DNA of 64,000 nucleotides from Patescibacteria group bacterium (GTDB lineage Bacteria; Patescibacteriota; Kazan-3B-28): NCBI GenBank assembly GCA_041649135.1, contig JBAZNQ010000001.1, positions 99,037 to 163,036 of the forward strand, read 5' to 3'. Shown piece by piece: positions 28,775 to 38,209 of this stretch (position 1 is its first letter; each line of letters starts with the position of its first letter). The notes under the pieces were generated by a model. It saw only the letters and a program-made list of their open reading frames with translations, ran no database searches and was not told where the DNA came from. The position numbers and the translations under genes were made by a program.

Positions 28775-29016
28775 AACGTAACCTCCTCCTTTTTACCACC
28801 GTAGTTAGGAAACCTATTCCAACCACTTGCCATTCTATCTCAACCCCGCTCCCAGTCAATTTTCCACTGTCATTGCGAGGAGCCCAGAGGTGTCGAGGGG
28901 CGACGCGGCAATCTACTTTTTGTCATATCCAAAATCTTGCTCCATAGGATAAAATCAGGTACAATTGAGGTAGCAATTTCGCCCCTAAGGCGACTTTCCG
29001 TATGGTCTTAATTACC

Positions 29017-29104
29017 TGTCATTCCCGCGGAGGCGGGAATCCAGAAAAGAACAGAAAAATGTTTTTGTTTCTGTCTGGATCCCCAATCAAGTTGGGGATG
29101 ACGA
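29017..29104. repeat. REPIN-like inverted palindrome pair upstream of gyrB
   Basis: TGTCATTCCCGCGGAGGCGGGAATCCAGA...TCTGGATCCCCAATCAAGTTGGGGATGACGA. Confidence 0.9.
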
Positions 29105-29125
29105 CTAAGAAAAGTTTTATTACCA

Positions 29126-31174
29126 ATGCCTGACGACAATAAAAAAACTAGCGGTTCCTACGGTGCAAAAGATATTCAGGTCCTAGAAGGGCTTGAGCCA
29201 GTTCGCAAACGCCCCGGTATGTATATCGGCTCCACCTCGGTGGAGGGTCTTCACCATATGATTTGGGAGGTGGTCGATAACTCTATTGATGAAGCCATGG
29301 CCGGTCACGGCACGATGGTGGAAGTTATTATTCACAAAGACGGCAAGGTAACCGTGATTGATGATGGTCGCGGCATCCCAACCGAGATACATCCTCAAAC
29401 CAAGAAGTCCACCCTTGAAACTGTTTTAACCACTCTTCATGCCGGTGGTAAGTTCGGCGGCGAAGGTTACAAAGTTTCCGGTGGTTTACATGGTGTGGGC
29501 GTGTCAGTTGTCAACGCCCTGTCTGATTTTATGCGGGTAGAAGTAACCCGTGATGGCAAAACTCATGCCCAAGAATATTCCAAAGGTATCGCCACCAGTT
29601 CAGCCAAAGTGATCAACAAAGATGTCAAAGGACATGGTACAAAAATAACTTTTCATGCCGACAAAACCATCTTTGATGACAACGAAGGGTACGAATGGAA
29701 AACCGTTCTCGAACATTTGAAACAGCAAGCTTATCTCACCAAAGGCGTTTTTGTAAAAATTCACGATGAACGTTCGGGCGAATCGCAGGAATTCAAATTT
29801 GAAGGCGGAGTGCAGTCATATGTCGAAGATTTAGATAAAAACAAGACTCCGCTCTTCACTCCACCATTTTATATCGACAAAGAACGCAACAATGTCCAAG
29901 TTGAATTGTCGATTCAATACACGGAAGATTTTAATGAAACGCTCAAAGCTTTTGCTAATAATATTTACAATCCCGAAGGCGGAACTCACGTAATTGGTTT
30001 TCGTACCGCGTTAACTCGCATTTTAAATGCTTACGCTAAAAAAACGGGGATTATCAAAGAAGCGAAAGATGCTTTATCGGGCGACGATGTTCGCGAAGGT
30101 CTGACCGCCGTTATTTCTGTCAAACTGGCGAATCCCCAATTTGAAGGTCAGACTAAAGCCAAGTTGGGTAATGCCAATGTTCGGACTGCCGTCGATGCGG
30201 TAATGTCCGATTATTTCAATAACTACCTTGAGGAGCATCCTTCAGAAGCTCGTCGGATTATCAGTAAGACCATGTTGGCTGCCAGAGCCCGCCTAGCGGC
30301 GCGTCAGGCGCGTGAAACGGTACTGCGCAAAGGTATCCTCGAAGGTATGACCCTGCCGGGGAAACTAGCCGACTGTTCCAACCGAGATCCATCCAAATCA
30401 GAGATCTTCATTGTCGAGGGTGAGTCTGCCGGTGGTTCCGCCAAAAGTGGACGTGATCGTCAGTTCCAAGCTATTTTGCCTTTACGTGGGAAAATTTTGA
30501 ACGTAGAAAAAGCTCGGCTGGATCGCATGTTATCTTCCGAGGAAATTAAAGTTTTGATCATTGCCCTTGGTGCCGGTATTGCTGAACAATTCAATGTTGA
30601 TAAAATTCGTTACCATCGCGTAATTATTATGACTGATGCCGATGTTGATGGTGCGCACATTAGAACTTTGCTTTTGACTTTCTTCTACCGCTACATGCGC
30701 GCCATTATCGACCGCGGCTATCTCTATATTGGCCAGCCGCCACTGTATCAGCTTAAGTCTGGCAAAGATGTGCGCTGGGTTTATTCTGACGAAGAGAAGG
30801 ATAAAGTAATGAAAGACATGCAGGAAGCCGCTGCCAAGAAGAAGGAAGGCAAGAAAGCTAAGATGGAAACCGATGACACCGCCATCGTCATTCCCGCGGA
30901 GGCGGGAATCCAGACCGAAACAGAAACCATCGCCGAAGATTTGTCATCTACTAAAGGTATTGCGATCCAACGTTACAAAGGTCTTGGAGAAATGAATCCA
31001 AGCCAACTTTGGGAAACCACTATGGATCCTGCTAATCGGATTATTCACCGTGTTACTGTTGATGATGCCGAAATCGCTGATGACATCTTTTCCACCCTCA
31101 TGGGAGACGACGTTGCCCCCCGCAAGAAATTCATCGAAGATAACGCCCAATTCGTCCAGAATCTGGACGTGTAA
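29126..31174 (+). CDS. gyrB: DNA gyrase subunit B
   Basis: VRKRPGMYIG, EVVDNSIDE, GGLHGVG, VEGESAGG, PLRGK, MTDADVDG, QRYKGLGEMN. Confidence 0.98.
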   Translation: MPDDNKKTSGSYGAKDIQVLEGLEPVRKRPGMYIGSTSVEGLHHMIWEVVDNSIDEAMAGHGTMVEVIIHKDGKVTVIDDGRGIPTEIHPQTKKSTLETVLTTLHAGGKFGGEGYKVSGGLHGVGVSVVNALSDFMRVEVTRDGKTHAQEYSKGIATSSAKVINKDVKGHGTKITFHADKTIFDDNEGYEWKTVLEHLKQQAYLTKGVFVKIHDERSGESQEFKFEGGVQSYVEDLDKNKTPLFTPPFYIDKERNNVQVELSIQYTEDFNETLKAFANNIYNPEGGTHVIGFRTALTRILNAYAKKTGIIKEAKDALSGDDVREGLTAVISVKLANPQFEGQTKAKLGNANVRTAVDAVMSDYFNNYLEEHPSEARRIISKTMLAARARLAARQARETVLRKGILEGMTLPGKLADCSNRDPSKSEIFIVEGESAGGSAKSGRDRQFQAILPLRGKILNVEKARLDRMLSSEEIKVLIIALGAGIAEQFNVDKIRYHRVIIMTDADVDGAHIRTLLLTFFYRYMRAIIDRGYLYIGQPPLYQLKSGKDVRWVYSDEEKDKVMKDMQEAAAKKKEGKKAKMETDDTAIVIPAEAGIQTETETIAEDLSSTKGIAIQRYKGLGEMNPSQLWETTMDPANRIIHRVTVDDAEIADDIFSTLMGDDVAPRKKFIEDNAQFVQNLDV

Positions 31175-31618
31175 CGGGACGGGTGATGAGTTGTGGGTAA
31201 TGAGTTGCGAGCGTTGGTAACCGCCTGCGGCGGTTTTTTGTTTACCAATTAGGAAATGCGATCGCATGATATTTTAGTAAAGATAAGTATGCCGCTTCAG
31301 AAGACGGCCGTCTTCCTAATCGGCAAATTTATCGTACGATTCCTTGGCCGCGACCGCAGGCAGGCTGGATGCGGTCACCACGGCGACCTTACCAGAATGA
31401 CGAGCAGGCGGTAGATTCTGGAGCCTCCTATACTAAGCTGACCTGCTCCTTGCTCTGCCCTAGGTAAGAAAACAAGTTCGCTACTTCCCCTCCTACTTTC
31501 TCTAGTCTAGCCACTGAACGCTAGATGCTAGATGCTGACTTGTAGTACTATGTTAGGGTAGCGCTTGGGGGAGCGCGGAGGTTCTTGGAGGTTTTTTATG
31601 TTGGGTTAATGGGAGGTT

Positions 31619-32770
31619 ATGACTAGTTCACTTGCTTGGATTACAGTTGATCTGAAAGCTATTGATTTTAACATCAAACAATTTCGTCGCCTCATAAAAC
31701 CGGAAACAAAAATTATGGCAGTTGTTAAGTCCAATGCTTACGGGCACGGGCTTTTTGAAGTTGCGCGACAGGCGATTAAATCCGGGGCCGATTATCTTGG
31801 TGTAATTACCGATCAAGAAGCTATGATTCTACGCAAACATGGGATTATCCAACCGATTTTAGTGCTAGGCGTCGTACCCAAAGACAACATTGCTATGTTA
31901 ATTCGCAATAAGATTGCTTTAAGCGTTTATAACGAAGAATCTTATCGCACCATTGCCAGAATTGCCGATATTATTAATCGCAAAGCGATTGTTCACATCA
32001 AGATTGATACCGGTACTAATCGACTTGGTTTTACTAATCTTGATAACGCTCTGCGGATTATTAAATTGATTGTAGCTAAGCGTCGCCAATTTGATTTAGA
32101 GGGTTTATATTCGCATCTCGCTAGTGTGGAAGAATTAAACCAAAGCTACACCAATGATCAGATACTAATGTTTGAGCGGCTATTGGCACGGGTAGACAAA
32201 CTCGGTATTAAAATTCCGATTATTTCTTTAGCCGCTTCTGCCGCCGCTATTATGCTTCCGGAGAGTCGGTTTAATTGTGTTCGTATTGGTATCGCACTCT
32301 ATGGGCTATGGCCTTCCCGAGGAGTGGAGCTGTGGTGTAAACGGAGCAAAAAGACCCGCAATTTTCATCTGAAACCAGCTCTCACCTACAAAACTAAACT
32401 TGTCCACATCAAACGGGTACGGGCCGGCAGTTTTATCGGTTATGGTTGTAATTATCAAGCCAAATCTGCCATGACCATCGGCGTCATCCCAGTTGGCTAT
32501 TTTGAAGGTTTGCCCAGACATTTGAGCAATATGGGTTTTGCTCTGCTTAAGGGCGCAGTCGTGCCATTTGTCGGACGGGTATGTATGAACATGACGATTT
32601 TAGACATCAGTCGTCGTCCCCGTGCCAAAGTTGGTGATGAAGTTGTTTTGATCGGTCGGAGTCAGACTAAAGAAATTACCACTACTGATATTGCTGATTG
32701 GGCCAGCACTATTAATTATGAAATTGTCTCGCGCATGCCAGAACATATTGAAAGAGTATATAAAAATTAA
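31619..32770 (+). CDS. alr: Alanine racemase
   Basis: MAVVKSNAYGHG, HIKIDTGTNRLG, GRVCMN, TINYE. Confidence 0.95.
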   Translation: MTSSLAWITVDLKAIDFNIKQFRRLIKPETKIMAVVKSNAYGHGLFEVARQAIKSGADYLGVITDQEAMILRKHGIIQPILVLGVVPKDNIAMLIRNKIALSVYNEESYRTIARIADIINRKAIVHIKIDTGTNRLGFTNLDNALRIIKLIVAKRRQFDLEGLYSHLASVEELNQSYTNDQILMFERLLARVDKLGIKIPIISLAASAAAIMLPESRFNCVRIGIALYGLWPSRGVELWCKRSKKTRNFHLKPALTYKTKLVHIKRVRAGSFIGYGCNYQAKSAMTIGVIPVGYFEGLPRHLSNMGFALLKGAVVPFVGRVCMNMTILDISRRPRAKVGDEVVLIGRSQTKEITTTDIADWASTINYEIVSRMPEHIERVYKN

Positions 32771-32878
32771 TAGTTAACAGTTAATAGTGAACAGTTAAGG
32801 AAAAATTATTTAATAAATTGTCGCTTGCGACACCAAAACTATTCACCCTTCACTTTTAACTTTTCACTGACTTTCGCT

Positions 32879-34537
32879 ATGAATGATACTCACATCAAAT
32901 TTATCTTCGTTACTGGGGGAGTCCTGTCGGGATTGGGCAAAGGCATTGTTGCCGCTAGTATTGGCAATATTATGAAAGCCCGCGGCCACAAAATTTTTAT
33001 GCAAAAACTTGATCAGTACATCAATTATGATGCTGGTACTCTCAACCCCGGCGAGCATGGGGAAGTATTTGTCACCGATGATGGTGCGGAAACTGATTTG
33101 GATTTAGGCCATTACGAAAGATTTATTGATGAGAGTCTGACTCAAGACTCCTCGATCATGACTGGTCGGATTTATAGCGATGTGATCAACCGTGAACGCC
33201 GCGGGGATTATTTGGGCAAAACCGTGCAGGTAATCCCACATCTGACCAACGTCGTCAAAGAATTTATTATTAATGGCGCCCAGAAAGTTGGCGCCGATAT
33301 CGCCATTGTCGAAGTTGGTGGCACGGTGGGAGACCACGAAGGATTTCATTTCTTGGAAGCCATCCGCGAAATACGTTATGACTTAGGTGAAGACAATGTC
33401 ATGTACTGTCATACCGTCTTTTTACCGTATCTTGGGGTTACCAAAGAAGTAAAAACTCGTCCAGCACAATTCAGCATCCGCGAGTTGCAGGGGATTGGCA
33501 TTACTCCAGATGCGATTTTCTGTCGTTCCGACCAACCTATTCCCCAAAGTGGACTGACCAAGATCGCTCGCGCCGCCAACTTACCCGTTACCAATATCGT
33601 CCCCCTTCAGACCGCTAGCACTGTCTATGAAGTACCATTAACTTTGGAAAATTTTGGTATTGGCAAAGTTGTTGAAAACCGTCTGAAATTAGATCCAGTC
33701 GAGCCAAATCTAACTGAATGGCGCGAGCTAGTTGGAAAAATCAAGTCTGATAAAAGAAAAATTAACATCGGTATTGTCGCCAAATATACCACGATGGAAG
33801 ATACCTACATTTGTGTCTTCGAATCTCTCCGTGCCGCCGGTTGGTATCACAATGTTGATGTCAACATAAAATGGATTGATGCCGAAGAGCTTGGTAGTCC
33901 AACTGCCAATGTCGTGGAATTAATGGCTGGTTGTGACGGCTACGTTGTGCCGGGGGGTTTCGGCATTCGTGGAATTGAGGGTAAGATCAAAGCTGCTCAA
34001 TATGCTCGCGAAAATCAAATACCATATTTGGGTTTGTGTTTGGGTATGCAAATCGCCGCGATCGAGTTTGCTCGCAATGTTTTGGGATTGTCTGATGCTA
34101 ATAGCACCGAATTTAATGAAGCCACCCAACATCCAGTCATTCACATTATGGAATATCAAAAAACTATCGTGAACAAAGGTGGCACAATGCGGTTGGGTGC
34201 CTATCCCGCCGTTCTTCAACCCTCTTCTCGCGCCTACAACGCCTATCGTCAGAGTGAAATCTCGGAACGTCATCGCCATCGGTATGAATTTAACAATGCT
34301 TACCGCCAAGCTTTCGAACAGGCCGGCATGATTCTCTCCGGCATTTCACCTAGTAACGAATTAGTTGAAATCATTGAGTTAAGAGACCATCCATGGTTTG
34401 TCGCTTCGCAATTTCATCCCGAATTCAAATCCCGTCCCAACCGACCTCATCCACTTTTCCGCGACTTCATCGGTGCCACTCTCAAGATCACTTCACTATT
34501 GGATGGGATTAGCGAACCACGCGAAGCCCTCATCTAG
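32879..34537 (+). CDS. pyrG: CTP synthase
   Basis: FVTGGVLSGLGKG, HGEVFVTDDG, GLCLG, ERHRHRYE, QFHPEF. Confidence 0.98.
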   Translation: MNDTHIKFIFVTGGVLSGLGKGIVAASIGNIMKARGHKIFMQKLDQYINYDAGTLNPGEHGEVFVTDDGAETDLDLGHYERFIDESLTQDSSIMTGRIYSDVINRERRGDYLGKTVQVIPHLTNVVKEFIINGAQKVGADIAIVEVGGTVGDHEGFHFLEAIREIRYDLGEDNVMYCHTVFLPYLGVTKEVKTRPAQFSIRELQGIGITPDAIFCRSDQPIPQSGLTKIARAANLPVTNIVPLQTASTVYEVPLTLENFGIGKVVENRLKLDPVEPNLTEWRELVGKIKSDKRKINIGIVAKYTTMEDTYICVFESLRAAGWYHNVDVNIKWIDAEELGSPTANVVELMAGCDGYVVPGGFGIRGIEGKIKAAQYARENQIPYLGLCLGMQIAAIEFARNVLGLSDANSTEFNEATQHPVIHIMEYQKTIVNKGGTMRLGAYPAVLQPSSRAYNAYRQSEISERHRHRYEFNNAYRQAFEQAGMILSGISPSNELVEIIELRDHPWFVASQFHPEFKSRPNRPHPLFRDFIGATLKITSLLDGISEPREALI

Positions 34538-34607
34538 TAGAACACAAAAAACCGCCACAGGCGGCTACCAAAATTATTCACTATTCACTTTTAACTATTG
34601 ACCCGTC

Positions 34608-34889
34608 TTACCTTGTCGGCACCACATTAATGTAGGTCGCTGTGGAATGACCAGTACCATTTTGGCGGACTCGCTTCACTTCAAAATTGACCTTCCCCAC
34701 CGCTTTCGCAAAAATCGTGTGATCCTTACCCATCAACGTATTCTCACCAGACCGGTATTTTTGACCCCGCTGACGCACAATAATATCTCCCGCTTTCGCG
34801 TACTGATTTCCATAGATTTTGACCCCGAGCATTTTTGGCTTGGAGTCTTTCAGGTTTTTACTTGTCCCCGCAGCTTTTACATGAGCCAT
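34608..34889 (-). CDS. rpmA: 50S ribosomal protein L27
   Basis: [36 protein letters not shown]. Confidence 0.97.
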   Translation of the reverse strand: MAHVKAAGTSKNLKDSKPKMLGVKIYGNQYAKAGDIIVRQRGQKYRSGENTLMGKDHTIFAKAVGKVNFEVKRVRQNGTGHSTATYINVVPTR

Positions 34890-35084
34890 AAGAAGAAAAT
34901 TAGTTTCTAGTATCTAGGATTTAGTATCTAGAAAGATGGGGACGCACCTCACCTAGTCGCTAGATGCTAGCCCCTAGATACTGATAGTACTCCGCCAGAT
35001 TACCGTATCTGGTGAAATAGGTCAAGGGGTAATAAAAAAGCTTCCCGCAAGGAAAGCTTTTGAGGAGATCTTACGCCGAGAACC

Positions 35085-35357
35085 CTACACTTTCGAACCG
35101 CTGGACGCGAGCTTATCCCGATAGATCTTGCCTACCAAGATAAACAATACCCATGCAGTTACCGGTGGAACCAGTATGGAAATAGCCGGCGGACACTCGA
35201 CAGATACAGGCCAACTTATCCGTGTTACGAATAGGTCGGCTGTAATTTGGCAACATCCCATTCGTTCAAATATCCAAATCAGCCACCAAAAAGCGATTAG
35301 GAATGAACCTAAACCGAACAGGGCTATTGCCGTCCACCACAATCCTCGCTTGAGCAT
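35085..35357 (-). CDS. Orphan 90-aa 2-TM protein
   Basis: GGAGG SD before MLKRGL; TTGACTGGGAGC promoter; terminator near 35035-35062. Confidence 0.6.
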   Translation of the reverse strand: MLKRGLWWTAIALFGLGSFLIAFWWLIWIFERMGCCQITADLFVTRISWPVSVECPPAISILVPPVTAWVLFILVGKIYRDKLASSGSKV

Positions 35358-35517
35358 CTCTGCCTCCAAAGAACAAGCATAGATACAAAGTAGCCAGTAA
35401 CAGGGCTCCCAGTCAAGTAGACAAGAAAAAAGCCCCTTGCGGGGCAATGGGATGGGAGTCGGCTAGCTAAGTCTTGCTCATGTCTTCTTTGTAAGCCACG
35501 CGAGCCGAATTAACTAG

Positions 35518-35625
35518 TCAAATCATCCCAATAAAGGCAAATACCCAGTCCGAGTTGTTGACCATGACAAGGCAAATTGTCATGACACCGCATAGACAAG
35601 AAGCAATAAGATACACCCACCACAT
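35518..35625 (-). CDS. Orphan 35-aa hydrophobic peptide MWWVYLIASCLCGVMTICLVMVNNSDWVFAFIGMI
   Basis: GAGGAGGG SD; TTGACTGGGGGC motif upstream; flanked by terminators. Confidence 0.5.
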   Translation of the reverse strand: MWWVYLIASCLCGVMTICLVMVNNSDWVFAFIGMI

Positions 35626-35783
35626 ATTTCTACCCTCCTCGAGGTGGATTAAAGTCGATTTTACTATCCGACCAAACCCGCCCCCAGTCAAGCCTTTGAG
35701 CAAGAAAAAGCCCCGAGTAAACTCGGGGCGATGGTGTGCGAAGTTTTGACTCAATCGGCAGTTTTTGCCGATTGTTGCGGTTG

Positions 35784-36434
35784 TTAGTCTGCTGACTTCG
35801 TTGCCGTTATCTCTGGGAACCGAGACGGATCCCGAACAATCAACGACGATAGACACAGACGAGAAATAAGACGCTTTGCAGTATCAGCATTTACCGCTCC
35901 ATCGTGGAAGTCGTAAGTAGCCACCTCCCCTTGTTGTTGAAAACCGTAGATACATGCCCAGCCCTTACCGCTTGAATGGTGCTCGTAGGCATCATATCCC
36001 ATAAAAATGAGATATTTGGCCCCGAACTGTTCGGCAAAAGTTTCTAGCACAGCAAGTTTCTCGCCCTTGGTCCATCCTCCATCCTTCAATAATGTACGGA
36101 TATCAGTCTGACTAATGCGGTACGCATTCAAACCGAGCAGGGCGAACTGCAAGCAAAGCTGGCATTCTGCTTCGGCGAACTGCGTCTCATCTCCGTACAC
36201 ACAGTCAGTCACACACACAGGGATGGGGTTGCCCTTGGTGTGTTTGAGCAGGGCTTTTAACCGAATCTCGAATTGACAGTCCGCTCGGCCATTGGTGTAC
36301 GCATGGTGATGTGCGTTCTTCAGATTATCCTCATAGTTCTTCTCTGATTTTCCCCATGCGGCTCGATGCTTCCGGACTAGTGTCCAGATGATTCCGACAG
36401 CTACGACAATGACTGCCAATAGCCCTATCAACAT
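35784..36434 (-). CDS. Orphan membrane-anchored protein
   Basis: AAGGAG SD, N-terminal TM, TTGACT-N18-TAGGAT promoter at 36536-36507. Confidence 0.7.
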   Translation of the reverse strand: MLIGLLAVIVVAVGIIWTLVRKHRAAWGKSEKNYEDNLKNAHHHAYTNGRADCQFEIRLKALLKHTKGNPIPVCVTDCVYGDETQFAEAECQLCLQFALLGLNAYRISQTDIRTLLKDGGWTKGEKLAVLETFAEQFGAKYLIFMGYDAYEHHSSGKGWACIYGFQQQGEVATYDFHDGAVNADTAKRLISRLCLSSLIVRDPSRFPEITATKSAD

Positions 36435-36584
36435 GTCAAGCTCCTTTTGTAAGCCTCTCTCTCGAGTAGGCAGGATTTACAATGTGGTCCCGTAGGCCAC
36501 GCCCGCATCCTAGCCCAAAACCTAGCTCCCAGTCAAGATTCTGCCCCGCTCTCCGCCATTAGAGCTTGAACATCCTTATCCACC

Positions 36585-36832
36585 CCGGCCCTTCAACGGA
36601 GGGTCGTCTTGAAATGAGCTAAATCTCTAGTGGGTGAAGCTGTTGTTTGATCCCGCCAGCTCGCCAAAGGCGAGCTGGGAACCGGTTGCTAAATGCAACC
36701 GGCGGGAGAGTTCAGCGAGAACGCCCAGAGATTTAGCCAATGAATAGACCCATAGTTGCGGGCCACGGCTTTGCCTACTTTCGCCAAGACGAAAGTAGGG
36801 CTGGATCAAACGCCAGCTTGCGTTTGGTCTCT
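36585..36832. ncRNA. Candidate highly structured RNA (unknown family)
   Basis: Enclosing stem GCTAAATCTCT/AGAGATTTAGC (36618-36628 / 36727-36737) with two perfect internal hairpins and further hairpins 3'. Confidence 0.45.
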
Positions 36833-36848
36833 GCTCGATGGCAATCGG

Positions 36849-38135
36849 CTATTTTCTTTCCAATACAAAAATCTCCCTCGACACAAACGCGTCAGGACGG
36901 GAATAGATTAGCCCGCCGCGATGAGTCGCCAAGGCCTCCCTCTTTGATACTTCTGGCGGCAAAAACTGCTTTGGGGTAAATCCGAGCTCTTTTACTTGGT
37001 CAAGAATATTCATGTACAGCAACCCTTCGTTAGTTTTCAGCACTGGCAATACCATTCCGACTTTATCAATTTTGCCATAATTTTTGTGTAAATTCTCAAA
37101 GAAACCCAAATACAATTTCTCTAATTCTTTTGCCAATTCTTTTCCATGATGTAACAGGATCGTCCCTCGTTGCGGCGGGCCAAGATACGGTTCGGTTACG
37201 ATACAAACATCACTCTGGTTCGCTTTAATCCAACGCGAACGAGTGGCATCTGCCAGTCGAATTCGCCCCGTCAGTTTAGATGGTTTAATTTTTTCATGAC
37301 CCAACTTTGGTGCGGCGGCATTGTGAGTTTTAATTAACCATGTCAGATTTTCTTGGGTCGATTTTACCGCGTCTTCATCAATGTCAGATGCCAATACATC
37401 CAATCCCAGCAATAACGATTCTTGTGGAATAATCCCGCTACCGCAAAACGGATCAAAAATCTGTTTGTGGTCAGCATCCCGCGTAATATTCACCATGATT
37501 TGAGCCAGTTTTGGTGGTAGCATTCCCGATTTCGGGTTAGGTGATGGTTTTTCCATATCCCGATGAGCGTAGCTTCGAAAATCCTGTACTGTTCGGGTCC
37601 GTCCGATTTTAAAGTTTTTATCCTGCTTAATGATCACAATCTCTGCGCCAGTTTCTACCAGCTTGTTATTGGCCACCATCACCGAAGACAACTCAAAGTT
37701 TTTCTCATCTACATATCGGATGCTGTAATTCGACTTGAATCGGCGCTTGATTTGATACGCAAAATTGCGTAGCCAGTTGATTTCCGAATACACCAGATGA
37801 GCGGTCGAATAAACGGAAAACCCAAAATTAATTTTGCTGGTCGATTGCGCAAAATATTTTTCCACCAAACTCTCCGGCGTCAAGGCTCGGCTGACTTGAA
37901 AAATCGTCCCGTCAAATTCATCCACAATCTCAATAATCTTAATTGTCCCGCCCAAGGTTTGTTGGAGCTTCTGCAATTTTGCGTCAGTTAGTTTCATCGG
38001 CAAAATCAAAATATCCTCGCCAATCCGGAGGTAACCGCCATGCGGAATTCGCTCCACGTCCAAAACGTTGAGGATTTCGAGGAAGCTCATCAGCGGATGA
38101 GACCCCAGCAAAAATGCGTATTTAGTCATTTCCAT
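36849..38135 (-). CDS. SAM-dependent RNA methyltransferase (Trm11/UPF0020-like)
   Basis: MLPPKLAQIMVN, FDPFCGSG, SDID, ADAT, TEPYLG. Confidence 0.8.
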   Translation of the reverse strand: MEMTKYAFLLGSHPLMSFLEILNVLDVERIPHGGYLRIGEDILILPMKLTDAKLQKLQQTLGGTIKIIEIVDEFDGTIFQVSRALTPESLVEKYFAQSTSKINFGFSVYSTAHLVYSEINWLRNFAYQIKRRFKSNYSIRYVDEKNFELSSVMVANNKLVETGAEIVIIKQDKNFKIGRTRTVQDFRSYAHRDMEKPSPNPKSGMLPPKLAQIMVNITRDADHKQIFDPFCGSGIIPQESLLLGLDVLASDIDEDAVKSTQENLTWLIKTHNAAAPKLGHEKIKPSKLTGRIRLADATRSRWIKANQSDVCIVTEPYLGPPQRGTILLHHGKELAKELEKLYLGFFENLHKNYGKIDKVGMVLPVLKTNEGLLYMNILDQVKELGFTPKQFLPPEVSKREALATHRGGLIYSRPDAFVSREIFVLERK

Positions 38136-38209
38136 AATGGGAAAAGTCAGTCGTAGTATAGCTTTTTTTAAGGTTAACCGCAATCCGTAAAATCAGATAG
38201 AATAAGGAG

